Part shown: piece after piece, positions 54,911 to 64,000 of the stretch
Layout of the letters: the number at the start of each line of letters is the position of its first letter
Numbering within the stretch: the stretch's first letter is position 1
Assembly (NCBI RefSeq): GCF_009914755.1
Contig: NC_060928.1
DNA length: 64,000 nucleotides
Source: the human T2T-CHM13v2.0 reference genome, Homo sapiens
Strand: one strand, 5' to 3'
Translations under genes and position numbers: made by a program
Notes under the pieces: generated by a model
What the model saw: only the letters and a program-made list of their open reading frames with translations
Databases searched by the model: none
Told to the model about the DNA's origin: nothing

Positions 54911-55229
54911 AATATATAGTCAATTTGGAAACAACTTTCAACTGAGGCATTACAATATATTATTTTCTATAGTACTATAACGCTCCCAAATTTTAAAGAA
55001 TTAACTTCAAAACTGCTCTGGATAATTTATCCAAGGAACATGCATTTTACTATATCACTTTATGGTACAATTACAAAGATTGCCTTATCTAATATCCAAA
55101 GCAACTGGATGGTAGTAGGTACTATTAGCACACAGTAGCTAAGATATTTAAATATGTTGCTCTAGGCCACACAGCTTAAAAAATGAATGGAAAATGAATA
55201 AAACTTTGAATACTATAAGCTGAATGTTG

Positions 55230-55450
55230 GTCATATTGTTCTTACTACATGCCCAGGCATTCTTCTAAGCATTTTAAATGTATAAACTCATTCAATGCAG
55301 GAAGTGTTATCTGAATTATACATTGTAATTATTATCCTCATTTCACAGACTAGTAAACTCAATCAGGGGAATAGTAAGCACTTTGTCCAAGGTCAAACTG
55401 CTAGAGTCAGGATTCATCCTCAGGCATCTTGGTGTCAAAGTCTGTGTATT
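55230..55450 (-). mobile_element. MIR SINE
   Basis: ATTATTATCCTCATTTCACAGACTAGTAAACT...TTGTCCAAGGTCA...AGAGTCAGGATTC. Confidence 0.75.
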
Positions 55451-57384
55451 TTTATATAAATTTTCATCAGGATTATACATTTGCTGAATGACTTAGGCAA
55501 GGAAGTAAACAACATCACTGAAATAAATATTATATTTGGATTCAAATGTTGTCTGTAAATTAAATAGAAAAATAGAGATAGATCAGTATAGTGTGAATGG
55601 AATTTTACTAAATTGAATGTATATTAAATTTTATATATCTTATCAAGGGACCATTTAGAGATAATGTCAATAAAATAGAATTTTGTCACAAGATAATGAT
55701 CTCCTGCTGTTACATAACCATGAACGTGAAGCCAAGTTATTTATTTTCAAAGCAGGGAAAATCAATCCCAGAATTATGTTCTGTAACTGAGATTTTAGTT
55801 CTGTTATACAAAATGATGCATGTTGATTTAATAATTTTGCCTGACGGATGTTTGAGAGAGAAAATGACAGATGTTCTTTGCACCATTGCAAGCTGGAGGC
55901 ATTCTGCCGGGCTTAGAAAATATACCTGTTGTATGTTTTCCCTAATCAGAAACCGTCATCCATAAAAGTGATGAGGTTGCACCCCTGTTGTAATCTGCAC
56001 CTGTGTGAATGAGATGATTTATGACCCGTTAAGATTGCTGTAGTTTTTAACTTTATTCAGAGCATAGTGGTCAACAATGCAGCCATAAGGTCTAAGAGAG
56101 CAGAATGTATATATAGTACTTAAAAACGTGAACTGACAGCAAAACAACTACAGAAAGGTCTGTTGTACTTGTATTAATCATGATTCAACTTTACCAGATA
56201 GATTTCTAGTTATTGCTTACTTGAGTCCCAATAGAAAAACACTTCAAGGTTTCACACAGCCCAGAGTATACCCAAAGACGTCTAACTCCCAGAAAAACAT
56301 AATAATACATATTTGTGATGATACATTAAATAACACTGTGTATTTCAATATTTGTGATTGTTTTCTAAGTTGTTTCTGAATATTTATTTATAATTCATTT
56401 CTTATGTGCAGCCACCCAGAGAGTTAGATAGTTCTACACTGATTTACTGAGTAAACTGAGAAATAAAAAGAAAGAAGATGAAAAAAGACAATCAATGAAA
56501 GTGTTAGGTGTTCTGATTCCTATTCCATATACTTAAATCAAATTATGCCACAAAGCCTTTCATCCTTGCAAAATTATTTGCTTTTTAGTAATATATGGCT
56601 TGCCATAGTTTGCTCTTTTTTGAACTACTAAGATATTTCCTAAAATCAGAAAATGTGGTTTTAAATGTATTTTAAAGCTAAAGTACCAAAGTGATTTATT
56701 AAGTGCAGATAATTTTCAAATACTTGGAAATAAATATTTTATAAAACTAAATATCTTCTTGATTACAAAGTCAGGAATTAATAAGCAAGTTATAAAATGT
56801 TTGTATATAAATTGAGTTTTAAGACCTTACTCTTAGATCTGGGGTTAATGAGTACCATGCCTCTTGTCCACCCAAATTCTAAACAACTGAGGAATTGGAC
56901 AAGAGAGACAGTCGATGGGTAGCAAATATTCACTGATGGGGCTGATGTAAGATATTGTTTATATATGCAAGAAAGTTGTCTTCCTGACACCAACCCTCAA
57001 ATCTTAAGAGATGGACCCACATAATTGCAGCAGTACAAAAACAGGACAGGTCACTCCAGGTGGGAATTATCCCCTTTAATATTTAAGAGGTGGGTGAGCA
57101 AAGCAGAAGAAGTGCAGAGGATTTTCTCTTGGATTCACTCTAAGAGAAAAGAAGAGGAAAGACTGGGCCACAAATGTTTGTTTGTTTCTTTGTTTCTCCA
57201 TCAAACTCATTCAAGATATAATTTGTGTCACCTCCCTCTAGGCAGAGTAAATAAAGAAAACATAGAAAGCCAGGATTATTATGTTATTATAGTTCCTTTC
57301 AAGGAGAAAAGCATCATTTTCCATTATGCATCACTACTCCAGCCATCTACACCTCTACTAATATTCTCTCTACACAAAAGAATA

Positions 57385-57630
57385 TGATTTGCTGCATAAC
57401 AAATCATTCGAAATTTTAGTAGCTTAAATCAACAGCCACTATTTCTATTTCTGTTTACTATTTCTCACCGTTCTCTGTTCTGACTGGGAAGATCTTCTCT
57501 CCATTGGGATATGTGAGGTCACTCAAGCTGAATGGGCTTGGCTGGAAGGTCTAAAGAGACCTATTTCACATCTCTGATCCTGAGTGCTCATGGTGACTGG
57601 GGTGTCTTTGTTCTCTTCCACTTGGTCTCC

Positions 57631-57690
<60 letters not shown>

Positions 57691-57980
57691 AGTCTGTCCT
57701 CATGATGCCTCAGCTTCCAGGACCTTTTGAGTCCAGCAGAAAAGCTTGGACTTCTTTACAACATGGCAACTAGGTTGCAAGAGAGCAAAAGTGCAAGTTT
57801 CCAGACCTTTTAAGGGCTAATCCAAGAATTACTTGTATAATGTCACTTCTGGCAAATTCTACTGATCAAGACAAATCACAGATCCAAGTGGAGGAAAAGT
57901 AGACTCCATCTCTGGATGGGAAAATGCACAAACAGAGTTGACAGAAATTACTGGCAGCCAAACTTGCAGACAAGCTATTA
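57385..57980 (-). mobile_element. MLT1G/H-type LTR containing (CT)n at 57628-57690
   Basis: TTGCTGCATAACAAATCA...GCTTGGACTTCTTTACAACATGGC...GACTCCATCTCTGGATGGGA. Confidence 0.75.
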
Positions 57981-58276
57981 TTTCAACCCCTCACCTCTGC
58001 CAACATTTTTCTTATTACATCTTATGCCTAACCTGCTTCCCAACCTAGGAGAGAGATATCCACCATAACAAACAATATATTGCCTATGATCCTTCTGCCT
58101 GCAGGCTTTCCTTCCCTGGCTCCTTTCTTACATCCTGTATTCTAAATTAATTCTGTTTCATCTTTAGATTTAGAGCTGGTAGGTTGATGCCAAGTTATCA
58201 AGTGCATGTGACAGCTTTTTGGGAACAATCCTTTAGTCTCCTTCTCCAATCTAATGGGTATGGCACTGTGTACATT

Positions 58277-58702
58277 GTGCATTGGGTACTGTTTGGGCCT
58301 TGCTATAAATAAATACCTGAGACTGGGTAATTTATAAAGAAAAGAGGTACAATCGGATCAAGGTTCTGCAGGCTATACAGGAAGCATGATGTTTGCATTT
58401 ACTCAGCTTCTGGGGAGGCCTCAGCAAATTTACAGTCATTGCAGAAGTTGAAGTGCGAGCAGACACATCACATGGTCAGAGCAGAAGCAAGAGCAAGACG
58501 GAGGAGGTGCCACACACTTATAAATAATCAGATCTTGTGAGAATTCACTCACCCTCATGAGAACAGCACTAAGGGGATGGTGCTAAACCATTCATGAGAA
58601 ACCCACACCCATGATCCAATCACCTCCACCAAGCCCCACCTGCAACATTGGGATTACAATTCAGCATAAGACTTGGTGGGGACACAGATCAAAATCATAT
58701 TA
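58277..58702 (-). mobile_element. MSTA MaLR solo LTR
   Basis: TTGCTATAAA.AAATACCTGAGACTGGGTAATTTATAAAGAAAAGAGG...GGATGGTGCTAAACCATTCATGAGAAA...GGGACACAGATC. Confidence 0.9.
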
Positions 58703-59198
58703 GACTCCATTCCTGATTTGAACATAATACTCATCTTCAGGGGAGGGCAAGAAGGATGACTAGATGCAGCCAGGTGGAACAGCTTCCACTGAGGGACCAA
58801 GATGCAGATTGGCATACCCCTGACAGATCTTCAGAGGGAAAGCACTGAAAGTGGATGTAGGGAAAGCACAGAAGCTGGGCTGAAGGGGAAGACAGCTGAG
58901 AACCCTACATGGGGCTAACACACATCAACACTCATTCCTGGCCCACAACAGCTCCAGGGAATTGGGTGTGTTGAACTAACAAGGAAAAACCTGCTCTAGT
59001 CACAGGCCTCTGGAACCCCAGAAGGAGGAGATCCCTTGACCACCATGGACACTTAAGTTGGCAGAGAGAGCTGCTTAGAGAAGTAGCAGGGCCAGCAAGC
59101 CCTGATATGGAGCCCAGAAGGTTTGGTGTGAGAGCATCACTAGCAAAGCATGGCCAGGGACGGCCATCCCCATAGGCTTGACTTGCTTCCATAGGAGA

Positions 59199-59768
59199 TG
59201 TGATGTTTAATATTGAGTGTCAAATTGATTGGATTGAAGGATGCAAAGTATTTTCTAGGTGTGTCTGTGAAGGTGTTGCCAAAGGAGATTAACATTTGAG
59301 TGAGTGAACTGGGAGATGTAGACCCACCCTCAATCTGGGTGGGCACCATCTAATCAGCTGCCAGCACAGCTAGGATAAAAGTAGGCAGAGGAATGTGGAA
59401 GGACTAGACTGACTGAGTCTTGTGGCCTCCATCTTTCTCCCATGCTGAATGCTTCCTGCCCTTGAACACTGGATCCAAGTTCTTCAGCTTTTGGACTCTT
59501 GAATCTACACCAGTGGTTTGTCAAGGGCTATCAAGGTATGTCAAGGGCTATCAAGCCTTCAGCCACAGACTAAAGCTGAGTGGTCAGTTTCCCTACATTT
59601 GAGGTTTTGGGACTCGGACTGGCTTAATGACTCCTCAGCTTGCATGCAAGTGGCGTATTGTGGGACTTCACCTGGTGATCATGTGAGTCAATACTCCTTA
59701 ATAAACTCCATTTCATATACACATCTATCCTATTAGTCCTGTTCCTCTGGAGAACTCTGACTAATAAA
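59199..59768 (+). mobile_element. MLT2A2-type solo LTR in L1 5'UTR
   Basis: TSD GGAGA at 59194-59198 and 59769-59773; internal 20-bp tandem duplication at ~59519-59555. Confidence 0.93.
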
Positions 59769-60092
59769 GGAGACTTTAGCCCTAGAGGAACTGCTAGACC
59801 TAATCTCTGAAGGGCAGACTTGCCCATCAGATGAGGCTGGTACAACCTAAGCACCTCTTGGTCTGCTTGCCTCTCCCAGGCCCCTACCCTAGCCACACCT
59901 GCTTGCAGGGCAGTCTTGAGTGCCCTAGGGGTCCACACCATAGTTTCTGCACTGGTGGATCATGCCTGAGAACTCCAGTGTGGTGGTCCCTATAGCCACA
60001 CACCAGCTCAATCTCTCCCTCCCCTAGAACAGCTTCCTCTGGGCCCTCAGTAAACCCCACATGGCTTTGCTGGATTGTGTCTGCACAGACAG

Positions 60093-60469
60093 TGATATGG
60101 TTAGGCTTTGGGTCCCAACCCAAGTCTCATCTTAAATTATAATCCTCATAATTTGCAAGTGTCAAGGGAGAGACCAGGAGGAGGTAATTGAATTATGGGG
60201 GTGGTTTTCCCCATGCTGTTCCCATAACAGTGAGTGAGTTCTCATGAGATCTGATGATTTATAAGGGGCTCTTCCCACTTCCTCAGCATTTCTCCTTCCT
60301 GCCCCCTTGTGAAGAATGTGGCTTGTTTTGTCCTCACCTTCTGCCACGATTGCAAGTTTTGTGAAGCCTTCCCAGCCGTGCTGAACTGTGAGTCAATTAA
60401 ACCTCTTTCCTTTATAAATTACCCAGTCTCAGGAAGTTCTTTATGGCAGTAAGAAAACGGACTAATAAA
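60093..60469 (+). mobile_element. THE1C/D solo LTR in L1 5'UTR
   Basis: TGATATGGTT.GGCT...AACTGTGAGTCAATTAAACCTCTTTCCTTTATAAATTACCCAGTCTC; near-TSD GACAG/GGCAG. Confidence 0.92.
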
Positions 60470-63400
60470 GGCAGGTTTTTCTTTCCTTGCCCCACCAGCA
60501 TGCAGGAGTGCAGTTCGACCCCTCCCTCTGCTGATGGCCATTGCCGATGGAGTCTAGGTCAGCAGAGCCAGCAAGCCCTGATACCCCTGGTGCCCATCCC
60601 TTGAGCTAACACTGCCCAGAGAATAATGTATCCTCTTTGGCCCTGTGCAATCACTCCTGCTTGTGGGGCACAGAAAAGACACTCAGACCTGTACCCAGCA
60701 AAATACCACCTCGAGCTAATACCATCTCCAGCATGACCACACACAGTCACCAGCAGGGGACCCCATGCCACCCAAGCTGCAATGTCGCTGCCACTGTGGT
60801 GAATGCCTGCAAAGAGGCAGGCACTCAGCATCCACTAGCACTCTTCTGCAGTTGCTGAAACTCAGCCTCTGCAGTGCAGTGGGTTCCAAATCTCAAGGAG
60901 CCAGAAAACAAAATCAGGGCCCTATATAAATCTCCCAGAGAGACAGCACATAGTCCAGGAGTTGGGAACTGAGCATTGGCACCCTAAGATCTCCCAGAAA
61001 TGAAGCCAGTTGGCTGAATTCAACTTATACCACAATCAAACCCTCAAAGTCATCAAATAGGATAAAAGAAAAAAAAATCTAAAAGCAACCTCAAAGACTG
61101 AAGATAAATAAGCCCACAAAGATGAGAGAGAATCAGTTCAATAACCCTGGAAATTCAAAAAGCCAAAGTGGCTTCTTTCCACCAAATGACTGCGTCACCT
61201 CTCCAGCAAGGGTTCTGAGCTGGGCTGAGATGGCTTTTGAAATGACAGAGAATTCAGAATATGGATAGGAATAGAGATCATTGAGCTACTGGAGTACTTT
61301 AAAACCCAATCCAAAGAAGCTAAATATCGTGATAAAACAAGGCAGAAGCTGACAGACAAAATAGCCAGTATAGAAAAGAACATAACTGACCTGATAGAGC
61401 TGAATAACACACTACAAGAATTTCATGGTGCAATCACTAGCATTAATAGCAGAATAGACCAAGCAGAGGAAAGAATCTCAGAGCTTGGAGACTGGCTTCC
61501 TGAAATAATACAATCAGACAAGAATAGAGAAAAAGGAATAAAAAGAAGCAAACAAAACCTTCAAGAAATATGGGATTATGTAAAGAGACCAAGTCTACAA
61601 CTCACTGGTATCCAGGAAAGAGATGATGAGAATGGACCAACTTGGAAAATATATTTCAGGATATGATCCATGAAAATTTCCCCAACATAACTAGAGAGGC
61701 CAACATTCAAATTCAGTGAATGCAGAGGACCCCAGTAAGATACTTAAGAAGATCATCTGCAAGACACATTATCATCAGATTTACTAAGAATGAAATGGAA
61801 GAATACATATTAAAGGCAGCCACAGAGAAAAGTCAGGTCACCTACGAAGAAAAACACATCAGACCAACAGTGGACCTCTCAGCAGAAAGCCTACAAGCCA
61901 GAAGTGATTAGGAGCCAATATTCAACATTCTTAAAGAAAAGATATTCAAACCCAGAATTTCATATCTGGCCCAACTGGGCTTCATAAGAGAAGGAAAAAT
62001 AAGATCCTTTTCAGACAAGCAAATGCTGAGGAAATTCATTACCACTAGACCTGCCTTACAGGATCTCATGAAGAAAGCCCTAAATATGGAAAGGAAAGAC
62101 CATTACCAGGCACTACAAAAACACACTGAGGTACACAGACCAGTGACACTATATAGAAACCATATAAAGAAGTCTTCAAAGTAACTAGCTAACATCATGA
62201 TAATAGGACCAAATACACACATATCAATACTAATCTTGAATGTAAATTGGCTAAATGCCCCAATCAAAAGGCAGTTTGGAAATGTGGATAAATAATCAAG
62301 ACCCATTGGTATGCTGTCTTCAAGAGACCCATCTCACGTGCAGTGACACACAGGCTTAAAATAAAAGGATGGATAAAAACCTACCAATAAAATGTAAAAC
62401 AGAAAAAAACACAAGGGTTGTAATCCTAGTTTTTGTGACAAAACAGACCTGAAACCAACAAATACCAAAGAAGACAAAGAAGGACATTACATAATGGTAA
62501 ATGTTTCAATTCAACAAGAAGATCTAACTGTTGTAAATATATATGCACCCAACACAGGAACACCCAGATTTACAAAGCAAGTTCTTAGAGACCTTCAAAG
62601 AGGCTTAGACTCCCACAAAATAATAGTAGAAGACTTTAACACCCAACTGACACTCTACAGATCATCAAGAGAGAATATTAACAAAGATATTCAGGACCTA
62701 AACTCAACATTGGATCAAAGGGACCTGATAGGTATCTAGAGAAATCTCCACCCAAAACCAACAGAATATACATTCTTATCACCACATGACACTGACTCCA
62801 AAATGGATCACACAATCAAAGGTAAAACACTCCTCAGAAAATGCAAAAGAACTGAAATCATAACAAACAGTTTCTCAGACCACAGCAAACCGTTTCTCAG
62901 ACCACAACACAAACAAATGCAAAATCAAGACTAAGAAATTCACTCAAAACCATACAATTAAATGGAAATTGAAAAACCTGCTACTGAATGACTTTGGGAT
63001 AAATAATGAAATTACGGCAGAAATCAAGAATTTCTTTGAAATGAATTAGAATAAAGATACAACATAGCAGCATCTCTGGGACACAGCTAAGACAGTGGTA
63101 AGAGGGAAATTTATAGCACTAAATGCCCACATCAAACAGTTAGAAAGATTTAACGAGCCTAACATTACAAGTAAAAGAACTACAGAACAAAGAGTAAAGA
63201 AATCCCAAAGCTAGCAGAGGACAAGAAATAAGCAAAATCAGATCTGACGTGGAGATGGAGACACAAAAATATTTTAAAAATTAACAAATCCAGGAGCTGT
63301 TTCTTTTAAAAATATATATATAATTAATAATTAATAAAATAGGTACGCAACTAGCTAGACTAATAAAGAAGAAAGCAGAGAAGATTCAAGTAAACACAGT

Positions 63401-64000
63401 CAGAAATGACAAGGGGGATATCACCACTGACCCTACAGAAATATGAACAACACTGAGAGAATATTATGAACATCTCTGTGCACATAAACTGGAAAAACTA
63501 GAAGAAATGGATAAATCCCTGGACACATACACCCTCTCAAGACTGAAATAGGAAGAGATTGAATCCCTGGACAGACTAATAATGAGCTCTGAAATTGAAG
63601 CAGTAATAAATAGGCTACCAAGCAAAAAAAGCCCAGGATAAGATGGATTCAGAGCTGAATTCTACCAGATGTACAGAGAAGAGCTGGTACCACGCCTGCT
63701 GAAACTATTTCAAAAAAAAAATGAAGGCATAGGGACTCCTTCCTAACTCATTCTATGAGGCCAACATCATCTTGACCTGGCAGAGACACAACTAAAAAAG
63801 AAAACTTCGGGCCAAGATTCTTGAAGAACATCCGTGCAAAAATCCTCAACAAAATACTGGCAAACAGAACCCTGCAGCACATCAAAACCTTGTCTGCCAC
63901 AATCAAGTAGGCTTTATCCCCGGGATGCAAGGTTTTTTCAACACACCACAAATCAATAAATGTGATTTACCACATAAATAAACTAATGACAAAAACTACC

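Larger units (their letters stand above)
58740..64000 (+). mobile_element. L1PA13-16-like element: 5'UTR, decayed ORF1 (~61120-62110), ORF2 from ~62197; runs off window end
   Basis: Peptides RRSSARHIIIRFTK...IRPTVDLSAESLQAR and SIQQEDLTVVNIYAPNTGTPRFTKQVLRDL; many stops and frameshifts. Confidence 0.92.

Noticed and set aside
62866-62910. 22-bp tandem duplication in L1 ORF2
   Set aside because: Real (AAAC.GTTTCTCAGACCACA.C twice) but ordinary slippage in a dead element.

Overview
AT-rich, repeat-dense primate (most likely human or great-ape) genomic DNA, intergenic or deep-intronic. No host protein-coding exon can be supported: every ORF in the track is L1-, Alu-, LTR- or microsatellite-derived, or a random AT-rich frame. 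The window holds four large L1s: the 5' half of an L1PA3/4 at 1-2295 (-), an internally deleted L1PA15/16-like element at 24513-29930 (-), a near full-length L1MA4-like element at 31217-38890 (+), and an L1PA13-16-like 5' half at 58740-64000 (+). It also has 8 Alus, one FLAM/Alu left arm, many MaLR/ERVL solo LTRs, and ancient L2/MIR/DNA-transposon relics. Structure not explained by the repeats: a 66-bp-arm near-perfect hairpin at 2785-2999; a ~95%-identical inverted local copy of an MLT2A LTR that replaces an L1 5' end; a ~150-bp segment copied 3.4 kb away into an L2; a ~97-bp diverged tandem duplication carrying NF-kB/E-box motifs; a FLAM-plus-unique-sequence chimera; and a HOX/PBX/MEIS motif cluster. 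Subfamily calls come from recalled consensus sequences and need RepeatMasker/Dfam confirmation. I see no convincing novel multi-gene system.
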